Shown: piece by piece, positions 36,229 through 47,998 of the stretch
How the letters are laid out: each line of letters opens with the position of its first letter
Position numbering within the stretch: the stretch's first letter is position 1
From: Sporopachydermia quercuum
Lineage: Eukaryota
Direction: 5' to 3'
DNA length: 64,000 bases
Assembly: GCA_001599295.1 (NCBI GenBank)
Contig: BCGN01000008.1
Location: 806,001 to 870,000 of the forward strand
Made by a program: the position numbers and the translations under genes
The notes under the pieces: model-generated
Databases searched by the model: none
The model's input: only the letters and a program-made list of their open reading frames with translations
Told to the model about the DNA's origin: nothing

Positions 36229-37961
36229 TCATGGCTTCCTCTTCTTGGCAGTAGCTTCAGCAACCATCTCCTCAAAAATGCGAGCTTCTTCAGCTTCAGT
36301 TTCTGATCTCTTGGCTGATGAAAACACTTCTCCAACGATTTTCAAAGCTTGGGCTCTTTCCAATCTCTTACTCAAAGGAACAGCTTCATCATATAGGACC
36401 TTATCACAAACCTCACGCAACACTCCCTGTATTTCAAATCGTGACCCACTCCATGCTGCTGCTAGCACTTTACCAATAACTTTTCTTTCCATCTCAGCTA
36501 TGTCCTCTTCGGTGGGAACCTTCTTCTCGTCTTCATGTTTTACTTTGTCTTTTGCCGATGTTGAAGCATCAGCCTCCTTATCGTCAGAAATCGTTACTGA
36601 AGGATCTATTTTGTTCGCAGCAAGTTCCTCTTCGCGAGCTTTTTGTTCTTGAAGAGCCTCTTGAGCTTTAACTAGTTCCTGCATGGTCGTTTGGGCATCT
36701 AAAGCAGTAGAGACAGTTTTGATGGCATCAACAACAACAGTTCCTTTTTCTTTCATGTTAGAAAAAAAACCAGGAATTCCCAAAAATGATTGTGACTTTT
36801 TCAGTGTTTGAGCTTTTGTCTTATACACTTTTCCAACAGCTGAGGTTTGAAGTTAGTATCAAACTGTAAAATAATAATCATAACTAGATGAAGAGTAGTT
36901 GTTAAACAAATTATCTGTTCCAAATTCACCACTTACTATGTAATATCTCAATACCAAAGCTTTGCATTTTCAGCTCCTCAACTTCATAAGAAAGTTTTTG
37001 TTTATATGACTCTGTAATGTCATCTCGATGGTCAGTCTCCGTCCATAAGGATAATCGCTCTACCAATTTTTTCGCCAGATGGTTAATTCTTTCTTCTCTT
37101 GCCACTCTCATTTCCTCTTCATGTTGTTCTATTTTCGATTTCTCGTTTGCGTCAAGTTCTTGTGAGTTGTTATCAGTACCGTTTGTTAGTTGTAGCTGGG
37201 AAGAAGATGCAGTAGGTGGGCTGGTAATAGTAGCTTCATAATCTGATGGTCCTGTCCGTGAGATAGTTGGTTTCTCCTTTTGAGTCTGGTTTTCTTTTAG
37301 CTTTTCTCTCTCTTTCTCGTTAGCTTCTTCTTTCTTCTTTTCTTCTTCTTCCGCTAATTCCATTGTCTTGGTTAGATCTTTCAGTAAGCTTAATTCACCA
37401 ATACTAAATAAAGTCTTTGTCAGTAACCGAATCGTTTAAAACACAAGGTTGATGTATATACATATGTACTTACATATCTTTGAAACCTTCACCACCAAAT
37501 ATCATTGTGAAAAACTCATCAGGATCCTCTGTATTTGTTAGTTAGTATGAATATATATATTATGATTCTAGTTAGAATCGCTCATTACCTCTTCTTGATT
37601 TACTGATAATCATCAACAACAGAATGCAAAAACACATACCGAATCCAGCTTGAGGAATAGCTTGTTCTTTACCAAACTTGTCATAACGAGACCTTAAATC
37701 ATCATCGCTTAAAACTTGATATGCTTCTCCGATCTGAAGGAAAATAGTTAGTACACGAGGTTAATAAGTTCTATCAGTAATATTCGTCCCCCCCCAAACG
37801 ACGCTTTCACATACCTCTTGGAAGATTTCATGAGCATTAGGATCATGATTCTTATCCGGATGGTATTGAATTGCTTTCTTTCTATAAGCCTTCTTGATTT
37901 CCAAGCTTGTAGCAGTAGATGATACACCTAGAATGTCGTAGTATATTGTATCTACAACCAT
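36229..37961 (-). CDS. DJP1: J-domain plus DnaJ-X protein Djp1; exons 37961-37815, 37733-37640, 37528-37474, 37403-36937, 36839-36229
   Basis: [13 protein letters not shown]...YHPDKN...[13 protein letters not shown]...[24 protein letters not shown]...[14 protein letters not shown]...[25 protein letters not shown]. Four GT-AG introns with TACTAAC or TACTGAC branch sites, all frame-consistent. The paralog CAJ1 is not fully excluded. Confidence 0.88.
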
Positions 37962-39489
37962 ATCGTTCTTTTATGTGTTTGTGATTTATTAAAAGTCCAA
38001 ATATGTTGTGTTGCTTTGATTAGGTTTTATGACAGATTGTGAAACACTGTTCTCAATTTGTTACCTGCACTGTCAATTTCAAAATGAAAAAATCTAGGAC
38101 TTTGTTCGGTTTTGCTTCCTTCCGTTTACTCCTAAATCCAACAGTGACTTGCTATTTCTACTCTGGATCCAAATTTATTTCCGATGGGTATTCAGTTCTC
38201 CGATCGCGTTGTCTGGTGGTGGAATGCAATATCTATCACTATGCTAGTATTTCTTCGCCCAAGCTTCAAAAACAACAGTATTTTCTTCCCTTATTTAACC
38301 TTCACGCTCAATTATGATATTGTCTTAGTTTACACCTTCCTATCAGATCTTTCAATAATTTATACCTTGCAGCTAGCGTAACGTATTGGTAATAATTAAA
38401 TCAATAGACAGGCAACAGTATCAATAACACCACCTGACTATCAGTATGAATGAAAAAAGTATCAATGGAAATCAACTTAAATTTCGCTCCCTCTATAACC
38501 TATAATTCTATAATTCTATAAACTGCAGTCTGTTTGCCAAAATTACTATCTTCAATATCAGCAAAATGAACCAGGATGAGCCTTTCGTAAGCGTTCATTC
38601 ACTTGTTAATCAATAGAGAAGAAATAGCATCATCACAAAGAGGAGAAAAACAGCCACAAATTGGAAAGGTGTTTGAAACGTTAAGTGGAGTAATACCATG
38701 TACATCTGATACACATTGAATTTAAGTTAAATTAGTGAGGGCTCTCAAGTGTTTATTTCCGAGTGTGGAAATATACGAAACTTTAAGCTTTTATTAGTAG
38801 CGATGATTGGTAACAGTAAATAGGATATGAGCATTGAAGAGTAATAACTGATTATAAAACTTTTTATTATCTATTGAATGGTTAGGTGATAATAGTCCTG
38901 ACTTAAGACTTTGTAAGTAAGAGCAGAAGTTTGATCTGTTATATGGAACTAGAGAAGAAAGAAAAGAGGAAGTCGGATGCTGCACTTATATGCATAATTT
39001 TGAAAGTGGTCCAGAATTGAATTTCTCTGTCATGTGATATAAATGCAAGAATGAATATGATACGATGATCACTGATTTTATCATGCTTTTACCACAATTC
39101 TTTTATAAAGAACATAAAGAACGACAAGTTTCCTTCGAGGGCAATTTTAATGTATTGATTGTATATATGGAGAAATACTTGATTCTCCAGTACACTGTAG
39201 TCAGTAAAGTTGCCGATTTTGATGCTATCTCTAAACCACTTCATTGCTGAATACTGTAGATGAATAGACTTATCTAATGACTAGAGTTATTGTATACAAC
39301 AAGGAGGTGCACATGGAGAGCTTTTTTATTTATTCTCTCATACTTCTATAACAAGAATGCTCAACAGATATAATAAATACTTCAGCACAGCTGTTGTTGT
39401 GTAAACTTACAGTTTTACATCATATCATATCCTATTAGTAGTCTCTCCATTCTACAACATTAACTTTATTCTCATCTCATTTCTTTCAA

Positions 39490-39550
39490 TATATACAAAG
39501 ATTTATTTAAAAGGACGTAACTATCTCAAAGGTAAGTATAAATATGTACA
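39490..39550 (-). promoter_or_regulatory. Two Puf3-type elements (TGTACATA 39550-39543, TGTATATA 39497-39490) in the MRPS5 3'UTR
   Basis: Matches to UGUAHAUA within 100 nt of the stop codon of a mitoribosomal protein gene. Confidence 0.6.
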
Positions 39551-39589
39551 ACAGGTAGATCCAGGAAACTACTCGTTCACAATCTATAA

Positions 39590-40591
39590 CTAAGCAGAAT
39601 AGTAAGCCTTTCGGACATCAGCAACCTTCTTACCTCTGGCCGCAGCCAATTCTTCAGGTGGGGTTTGAGATGCCAAAGCTTCAATGAATCCTTTCACGAC
39701 ATTCATGCCATTTCTTGATCTATACACATTACCTGACAAATCTTTAATACCAGCACATTGGCACACTTCATAGATGAATCTATTGACTCTTAAACCAAGA
39801 CCAGGAGGACCAGGTCGCAATTTCAAAATTGTGGCATGATATTTATGGTTGATTTCACTGAAAATAGTTCTATCTTCTAATCTTGGGATATATTGCATAT
39901 TCTTAATAGCTTTAACAGACGCCTTTGATACACATGCCAAAGGATCCAAGGGATCTCTTCCTTCTCCAACACCAACAAATCCATTTCTATCCCCAACAAC
40001 AACTAAAGAATATAAGGATCTGATTTTACCTTTAGCCGTGGTAATAGATACAGTCTTCCTAATCAAAGGACGATACACTAGTCTACTGAGGTATTTTCTA
40101 TCCATACCTAATGACTTAGCAATTTCATCTTCGATCTCCACACTAGCATTTTCAGCATCCGCAGCTCTTGCTGGCATTGGTTCTAACTTACTTGCTAAAA
40201 CACCTTTGGTTTCAGGTTTTGCTAAACTATATGGCTGGTATGCTGTTGTGTAATCAGTCCATTTATGTGTTCCTTCATCGTAAAATGGATCTATTCTGGA
40301 AAAGTCGTCAAGATAACCAGGACCAAATTCAACCTTACTAAGTTTCACCTTTTCCCAGTCTTTTGGGTTGACAACGGACTCAGAGATAAGTATTGATTCT
40401 AGAAGGTCTTTGTCGTAATATGCAGATAGTTCCTCCACATGCTTCTGTCGATCACTCTCTGAATTAGGATCTAAATATTCTCTAGAGTTGAACCTTTTGG
40501 CAATNCTTCCTGCTGGAATGATTCGTGGAGAGAAAATAGTCTGACGTATATTGCTTCTCCATAGAGTGGAAGGAATCCTGAAACTCATCAT
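39590..40591 (-). CDS. MRPS5: Mitochondrial ribosomal protein uS5m
   Basis: TAKGKIRSLYSLVVVGDRNGFVGVGEG, IPRLEDRTIF, PGPPGLGLRVN, CAGIKDL...SRNGMNVVK. Presequence-like N-terminus. Confidence 0.95.
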   Translation of the reverse strand: MMSFRIPSTLWRSNIRQTIFSPRIIPAGXIAKRFNSREYLDPNSESDRQKHVEELSAYYDKDLLESILISESVVNPKDWEKVKLSKVEFGPGYLDDFSRIDPFYDEGTHKWTDYTTAYQPYSLAKPETKGVLASKLEPMPARAADAENASVEIEDEIAKSLGMDRKYLSRLVYRPLIRKTVSITTAKGKIRSLYSLVVVGDRNGFVGVGEGRDPLDPLACVSKASVKAIKNMQYIPRLEDRTIFSEINHKYHATILKLRPGPPGLGLRVNRFIYEVCQCAGIKDLSGNVYRSRNGMNVVKGFIEALASQTPPEELAAARGKKVADVRKAYYSA

Positions 40592-41096
40592 AAAAGACGT
40601 TTACTTCTAATTGTAATGCTATTGATACTGCAATCGTGCCAGTAAGTATAAAAATAGAATACCAGTAATCAACAATTCAGGAAGTTCTGACTATCTTTTC
40701 CTGCAATACAGAGACAACTCAGAAACCTGGTTTTAAAAACTGGTTTATAGTTCTCGCTCTTGCTTGAGATATGCTATGGGTTAGTTGCTTTGCTTGGTTT
40801 GATCGACACTACAAGGAAAAGTATCATCAAAATAACTGCAAGACAATAATTGAGGAACAAAGTTTTAATAAAAGTTGCAAAAGTAAATTTGCTCCAATTT
40901 CTCTGATTCTCCACTAGAAACTAAGTTGCAAACTGCTGTCAAACAGGAGCGATCGTTCGATATTGTTTGTTCTATCAGTTTATTGGTCTCAAATAGGTTT
41001 TCTCGTCGTTTGGAAAAACTTGATGAAAAATAGTCCGGAGTATATTTCCAGAAATTCCGGGGTTATACAGCAGGGAATACCTTTAGTCCAAAATAG

Positions 41097-41104
41097 TTAC
41101 CCGG
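41097..41104 (+). promoter_or_regulatory. Candidate Reb1-type site TTACCCGG upstream of MRPS5
   Basis: Exact consensus match. A second TTACCCG lies on the minus strand near 41504-41510. Confidence 0.35.
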
Positions 41105-41878
41105 ACCCTTTAAAATGAGCAAAGAATTTCATGTCTCAATACGGGTATCAACTTAAATATGTGTTTATGTAAGCATAAAAGTGATCGATTAAATGAACAT
41201 TGTAAATGAGTAATTTGATTTACTGATAGTTACTATTGTAGATACCTTGAAAATAGGGAAAAGACAATAAAACAAGTATCTGTTTGCCTGCAATACATTT
41301 CGGAGGGTGCATTTTTTATTTGGTATTGTTACACCAGTTTCGTACTCTAGTTCTAAATTTAAATCAATCCAATGTAGTTGATAGCCGAATACGAAGAGTA
41401 TGTATTTTGCGCANTAGTATTGCCAAGTGAAAATATGAACTGTTTGATTTCGAACTCGATTCACTGAAAGGGACATCACATATGAGACTTCAAGTTACCA
41501 GGCGGGTAATAATGCAATGGTATTCTTCAAATAGAATTTCAAAAAACATAAATGGTTCATCAAACCACCAAAAGAACAATTCTTACTGTTTTCGAAGGAG
41601 CCGCCAGTTATTATGTCGCTGATACATAGAAGCTTGCAGTACTCCTTTCGGTCAGTAAATGAACCATGTTGCCAAAGATCGTTGTCAAGTATGTCCTATT
41701 TCCGGGAATCGGATACTAGCTTAAATCTATTGTTTCTCTTTGAACTTATAGCCTTCTATTTCTGTGAATGATTAATGCTCCTTTGACATTAATTGAGGGA
41801 TACCACGGAACACTCCAGCTGTAGTTGCCCATACTGAAGAAACCTAAATTTTCAAGAGGCTAATGAAGCTGCCATTAG

Positions 41879-43456
41879 CTAATCTTCTTTTTCATCTTTA
41901 ATACTACTATTCTCTGTTTCACTTTTCCCATCCGCCTGTCCTTTCTTTCTCGCTCCACCGTTTTGCTCGACTTGAGGATTCACTGGCATCAGTTCTGGTG
42001 AATTATTCACTGAAGATGCCACGGAAGAGAAAGCAGAGCTGCTAGCTGAAGATAATTCATCCTCGTTAACAATCTCAGCAGCTTTTGTCAAACTTTCTAA
42101 CTCAAGATTCAGCCTAGTGACTTCTTTTTCTAATCTTCTTCCAAACACGTCAATATAGTAGGTAGCACCATTATAACTCGCTACTAGGAATATAAAGCTG
42201 AGGAATGCGCAACTGCAGTAAATGTTGCTATACCATAAAGGACATAAACACATAGTGCTCAGCTGATAACCAAATTGTATAAATGTAAAAGCAACAATTG
42301 GTAAAAACCCTGGTAATCCATTTACGAATTTACCCAGTTTTGTTTTCGAATATGACTTTCTGAGCCATTCAAATGAGGTTTGACGACCTTGTTTAATCTT
42401 CTCGGCCCTTTTGATAGTAATAAAAAAATGGTATAGAAATTGCCATATACAATAGAATAATGAAGTCCATAACAGTCCATAGACAAAGTCCCAATGTTCT
42501 ACCTTATTGGCTCCAGGGAATCTCGATTCTTTATATTCAGGAGTTAAATGATGAACAATCACATGGAATGTCACTGGTGGGAAAATGTGAATAGCGACAG
42601 AAGTTACTTTGTCTATAGAGTGTAGTACTAATGAATTTCGCCAAGTAACAACGGCCCAAGATAGTGTTCCAAAGGATAAAGAGTAGCAAGAGATAAACAA
42701 AGGAACAGATTTCGGAAACACCCATATGTAAAACAGGCAGAGCACATTGGTGAAATAGCATAAATCGAACAGGAAGTACTGGTACAATCTTTTCCTAAAG
42801 GAGTAAATTCTAATGGGCATTAGAATCATAACTTGACAAGTATAAAAAACCGGAAGCCATTCAGGACAACTGCCAATAATAAACCCACATATCAAAATGG
42901 AATATAATGTGATTGCGAATGACAGTTTTTCTGTCTTTGGTACAACGTTAGCGTCGCTCAGTCTCTGATCTAGTTTATCTATCTGTCTTGTGAACTGCTT
43001 TAGCAGTTTCTTCATATCTTCATCGCGAGCAGCTCTTATCACCCGATCACGATGCTTCCTAGCAAGATCAGAAAATTTCTTTGACCTTCGAATAACAGAG
43101 TCATTGATTTTCTGAGAGATTTTAGTGGATATAGCAAAACTGTCAAGTAAATCTGCTACACCTAATCTATTAAGCGGTACTGAAGGAGTGGCAGGAGTGT
43201 TAAAGTCTAGATCATCAAAGGATGATAAGGAGCCAAATGAGTCTTTTCTTNACGAGCTGCCAGACCTGGACATTGAGACACTCCTGTTTTCGTTTATAAT
43301 AACACTTACAGAAGACGATTCTGCAGCTGGTGGTAGCATTGTCAGGTCTTTCATAGGGTCATCATCATGATTGCTTTTATTGGTAGAACTTCTTCTACTA
43401 ATTTGCTTAAGAGAAGGGCTTCTGCTGGCTGGGGTAATCCGTGGTGAGATATCCAT
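41879..43456 (-). CDS. GPC1: Glycerophosphocholine acyltransferase (DUF2838)
   Basis: YFLFDLCYFTN, GTLSWAVVTWRNSLVLHSIDKVTSVAIHIFPP, GRQTSFEWLR, YNGATYYIDVFG. Confidence 0.93.
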   Translation of the reverse strand: MDISPRITPASRSPSLKQISRRSSTNKSNHDDDPMKDLTMLPPAAESSSVSVIINENRSVSMSRSGSSXRKDSFGSLSSFDDLDFNTPATPSVPLNRLGVADLLDSFAISTKISQKINDSVIRRSKKFSDLARKHRDRVIRAARDEDMKKLLKQFTRQIDKLDQRLSDANVVPKTEKLSFAITLYSILICGFIIGSCPEWLPVFYTCQVMILMPIRIYSFRKRLYQYFLFDLCYFTNVLCLFYIWVFPKSVPLFISCYSLSFGTLSWAVVTWRNSLVLHSIDKVTSVAIHIFPPVTFHVIVHHLTPEYKESRFPGANKVEHWDFVYGLLWTSLFYCIWQFLYHFFITIKRAEKIKQGRQTSFEWLRKSYSKTKLGKFVNGLPGFLPIVAFTFIQFGYQLSTMCLCPLWYSNIYCSCAFLSFIFLVASYNGATYYIDVFGRRLEKEVTRLNLELESLTKAAEIVNEDELSSASSSAFSSVASSVNNSPELMPVNPQVEQNGGARKKGQADGKSETENSSIKDEKED

Positions 43457-44594
43457 TGCAAATAGTTTCTTGCGTCGAGTGTTTGTTTATGAGTTCCAAG
43501 TGTTCTACAATTATTTTCTAACTATATCAATCGTTGTAACAGAACTAGACTGTGATCGCGAAAGGTATAGTGGTTGTTTATAGCAAGTATGATGTTGATC
43601 CGCGGGGTAATTGCCCCAGGCTATTCTCTGTTCAACTTTACCTGAATATCTACTGAATCGTTACGTTTTCCCAATGATAAACTCTGTCAGTCCAGNTTTC
43701 AAGCTGCCACCAATTTACACTGGAAAAAGCAAACAGTTATTGCATACACATCATCTAGTAAAGTTCTCTTTTGACAAACTTAGTGAAACAAGTGAGAATC
43801 ACTAACTAGACGATATGGGATATCTTGAAACGTGCCTGGAACAATCAATATAAACAGAAAGAGACATGATGTTGTGAGTCAGGAAAGAAACATAAATGTC
43901 CCAATTTAGAATTAAGGTTGAAACAACTTTGAGTTAAAACTAAAAAATATTAAGGTTTGATCTTAATAGAAATCTTATTTGATCGTTAGGCTGTCTACAG
44001 GGATTGTCAATATGATTAATTGTAGCATTTCTTGGCCCAAAAGTTTCTTGAGAATTGTATTTGGAGTTACATGTACTGGTATTATTGTGTTTTTACTGTT
44101 TTCTTCTTCATTAATGACACTTCGAAATAGCTGGTATCTATTGGTCTGTAAGCACATCCTGATCAGATTGCACATCTCATTATACTACGTTTACTAAAGA
44201 CCAAATGACATCTTGAGAGTCTCCAGAAATAGTTATATTCACCTAGCAAAGCTAACTCACATTTCTGGTAAACACATTGAGTCTCGTTCTATATCTTTTT
44301 CATGCCATAATGAACTCTATGGGTTTATTTTTGTTTCCAGCATGTGAACAGGCACAACAGAAAAGGTATTGTTTTTATGCTTATAGTTCCTCGGGATTTG
44401 ACGGTATGATCATTTTCAATATTCAAATCGCAGTATAGGATTATAGTAGGTNTATAAACCAGGGACTTGAATTACCTTTGGAGAACTGTTTGGTAGTTTT
44501 TTTACTATCTTTAGTCACCATCACATATTTTCGTAAACAATTCATAACAGATTTCAATCCACTTCCTGACAATTTATATTTTTCCACCTTTGAA

Positions 44595-45485
44595 ATGTCT
44601 ACGAAACAAAAACAGCCACCTTTGGATGAGCTGCAATGGAGATCTCCAGAATGGATCAACGCATTTGGTCTTCGCACAGATAATGTGTTGGAATACTTCT
44701 CAGAATCACCTTTCTTTGATAGAACATCAAACAACCAAGTATTAAAAATGCAATCGCAGTTCAACGAAAGCTTAAAAGCGATGGACCTTATAGAACAATT
44801 AAAACAGCTAAAAGGTATTGAGTTTGTTTTGGCGTTTGTTCGTGAACCAGATTTCTGGGTCATCAAGAAACAGAACAGACTGTCACCAGATGAAGTTCAA
44901 GTCATGGGTATGTTTTATGTTGTGGGAGCCAATGTATATGTTGCGCCCTCTATCCAATCAATCATATCATCACGATTAGCTAGCACTGTGCTAGCCACAA
45001 AGACTGCCATGATAGCTGCTCAGAAGCTGCCGTTATTTTCTCCTTCTGAAGGATATTCATACATAACACAGCAAGAACAAGAAGCAGGCACTGGAGCCGA
45101 ATCTGACGCCGGGAAGACCCCGTCGGCAAAATCATCAATGAATACACCGAGCGTTGCACCAACACCAACACCTGGTGGATCTTCGAATGACCTATCGGGA
45201 TCGCAAACATCTAATAATGCTCGTGAAGTACAGGATAAGAAAGCAGCTGCTGCGATGTTTGACTTGTTCTTGAATAATTCATTAAAATCACAGGCGGTGA
45301 TGTTAGATGAAATTCCTGCTACTGATCCGGGAGCTGCTATTAGTTTTGCATGGGATAGAAATGCTATTATTTCCGGAGCGATGACAATGCCTAGTAGATC
45401 TTTAGGTAGTTCATCTAATACAAATATGAGGAAAGATCCAGTGGGATTGAAAAGACCACGAAGGAAGCCTGTTACTAAGAAATAA
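44595..45485 (+). CDS. MED6: Mediator subunit 6
   Basis: LDELQWRSPEWI..GLRTDNVLEYFSESPFFDRTSNNQVLKMQ, GIEF, REPDFWVIKKQ, GANVYVAPS. First ATG at 44595; the track starts at an upstream TTG. Confidence 0.95.
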   Translation: MSTKQKQPPLDELQWRSPEWINAFGLRTDNVLEYFSESPFFDRTSNNQVLKMQSQFNESLKAMDLIEQLKQLKGIEFVLAFVREPDFWVIKKQNRLSPDEVQVMGMFYVVGANVYVAPSIQSIISSRLASTVLATKTAMIAAQKLPLFSPSEGYSYITQQEQEAGTGAESDAGKTPSAKSSMNTPSVAPTPTPGGSSNDLSGSQTSNNAREVQDKKAAAAMFDLFLNNSLKSQAVMLDEIPATDPGAAISFAWDRNAIISGAMTMPSRSLGSSSNTNMRKDPVGLKRPRRKPVTKK

Positions 45486-46615
45486 ACGCGAGTAGAGTCT
45501 AATAATTGGCTACTGATTGGATTTGAAATGGTTCAAGGTTAATCAAGTATAATCTCAAAACATTTGTATTTGTTGATGAACTGTTGAGACTAAAAGGAAA
45601 TCATAATGTTATTTATTGGAAAGAATCAAGCAACAACGATTGGCAATTATTTTCAGATATCTTATGTTAAGCATTATGATATGCTTTATAGTGAATACTT
45701 CTTATATTCACTAGAATAGCATTTTCAGTTGATAACTGTCATTGTAATCACACATACCATTAGAGAAGCATTAAGGAAGCAGTTTCTAGTGGCTTTGGAC
45801 CAAGCCCCAAGTGCACCAAATCCTAGTGGAGGGGGGACGGGTTTCATTCAATACTTGGGTTGATATCCTATTAGCGCAACGACTGTAGATCACTATCATC
45901 TTATTTATTTCTGAACGTCAACCTCATTACCGACGCACACTAATACTTATATCGGTTCCAATATTAACAACTGCAGATAATGGCATTATGAAGGCAAACG
46001 AATATTGCCATTATCTCCAAAGAAATCAATAACAGGGAGCTAGTTCAATGGTTCGTCAAATCAGCATTAATCTTGAACTACTATTAACAATCTACCAGAA
46101 TAATCGAATAGCAAAACAATCCTGCCAAATCTTGGATATTCACCTGAGTAGCAGTATGAACGAATTGGGCTATCGATACCGTTTCATGTTTGATCTTTTT
46201 CTCTTTGGAACTACTCTATTGGAAAGAGAAAATATATCAGTAGTTTTCAGCATGTATAGACAAAACAAATGTATTATATGATATTTACAAGACATCAACA
46301 GAAATGAAAAAAAGCTTATAGCAGAATGCACCAAAAGACAAACATGAAAATGGAACATCAAATTAAAAGAGACAAACAATTAAAAAGCATTTTATACAGG
46401 CATTTCTTCTATCCTTCATTGTTTCCAGTGAACGCAAACCACAGTGAATATACAAATAACTGATATACGATAGTTATTATATCATTATGATTTATAACTC
46501 GTAGTGGTAGAATAGTTCCAACAAGAATTGTAAGTTTTTCCACTTATTACACTACCAATTACTGACTAATGCATATCAACCAACACAGGATCAGTCACAC
46601 ACTCAAACTTTTATT

Positions 46616-47998
46616 TTACTCTCCTTGGTGAATTGCATGATAACGTTTTCCTCTAAAACCAAATAACTGTTGATTCACTTGATAAACTTCAGTTGGATGC
46701 AGATCATTCAATTCCCATTTCAGACTTGAGAAAATATTAGGAACCGGTTCAGTCAAAACATCTAATTTATCTTCGTATTTATCCATTAGCCATTTCCAAT
46801 CTCTATCAACATCATCTTTATGGAACCCGGTAGTAAATATAGCACATTTCGAATCCAGTAGCCCTGGAAGCGTCTTGTCCCATTGATCCATTGCTTCAGG
46901 AGCTCCTAAACCAGGTTGGAATAAAAAGAAACAATCAAGATAAGGATCGTAAGGGAATAAATCACCAGCTTCGTGCAAAACATGGAAATACTCAGTGTGA
47001 TAAGTCAGTACTAAATTTTGATCAACTCTCTCAACAATTGGCCTTGGAGAATAGATATATTGGTTCTTTTCTTGATCCCAATAACATTCAGGTCCAACAA
47101 AGTGAATATTGAACGAAACGTCAGGAAATAAAAATCCTAATTGTTTCCATACGTAGCCAGGTAAGATTGATTCAGACCGGGCACCAAGTATGAAAATTCT
47201 CATTGGCCTATCTTTCCAAACAGCTGATCTTGCTGATGGGTATAAAGTGTACCTAAGAGCAGCTAATGATTTCAACCCTTCTAATGTGATTGGACCTTTT
47301 GGTTTAAGGAAATATGGTGAAAATTGATGAAGCAAGGCAGCAATAGTAACTGGATATGATAGAACTTTGGTAACTGCTGCAAGTTGGAATTCTGTATCCA
47401 TAGAGTAGAACAATCTAGTATAGAAATATGTGTCCCAATTGTCGAGATTCACTGCTTTTTCAGAGTCTTGATAACCAGGGAATTCAAATTCAGGAAATGG
47501 CCTTCCTGACCGTAAATCATGTTCATAAATGTTTACTTTCTTTAACAGTTCATATATTTTATGTTCGTGATAGTAAGTATCAGCTTCCCAGGCTTCTCTT
47601 GAATGATGAGTAGGAATTCCTGAGTAAGGACATACATAATTCACTGATTCATTAGTGACAGGACATTTACCTTTAGCACGAATCAGTGCAGCTCTTGTTC
47701 TCAATTCTTCGTTTGGTGAGTTGTCCCACACATGGAATCTGTTCTCGGGTGTAGGATCATCAGGAGAAGGTGGCAGGTCAAGACCAATAATATTTCTAAA
47801 GAAGTTGCTGATGTTTCTTACTTGTTGTTTGGGTAAAGGTCCATTCACGTTTGAAGGTGATGTTCGTGGTATTAGATTTGAAGCATTTAGATACTTTGAT
47901 GAGTATTTTCTACTGCCTGAAATGAAATATCTTCCCCATGAGCTTGCAGCTCCTGAGATTGAGCCTCTGTTAATGTTCATTGCTTGTGCTGAATACAT
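46616..47998 (-). CDS. MSS51: Mitochondrial COX1 translational activator / assembly factor Mss51
   Basis: CPVT...YVCPYSGIPTHHSREAW, NIYEHDLRSGRPFPEF, NWDTYFYTR, FILGARSE, DLFPYDPY. Confidence 0.95.
   Translation of the reverse strand: MYSAQAMNINRGSISGAASSWGRYFISGSRKYSSKYLNASNLIPRTSPSNVNGPLPKQQVRNISNFFRNIIGLDLPPSPDDPTPENRFHVWDNSPNEELRTRAALIRAKGKCPVTNESVNYVCPYSGIPTHHSREAWEADTYYHEHKIYELLKKVNIYEHDLRSGRPFPEFEFPGYQDSEKAVNLDNWDTYFYTRLFYSMDTEFQLAAVTKVLSYPVTIAALLHQFSPYFLKPKGPITLEGLKSLAALRYTLYPSARSAVWKDRPMRIFILGARSESILPGYVWKQLGFLFPDVSFNIHFVGPECYWDQEKNQYIYSPRPIVERVDQNLVLTYHTEYFHVLHEAGDLFPYDPYLDCFFLFQPGLGAPEAMDQWDKTLPGLLDSKCAIFTTGFHKDDVDRDWKWLMDKYEDKLDVLTEPVPNIFSSLKWELNDLHPTEVYQVNQQLFGFRGKRYHAIHQGE

Noticed and set aside
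41447..41512. B-box-like GAGTTCGAAATC on the minus strand
   Set aside because: No cloverleaf or acceptor stem can be built; not a tRNA.
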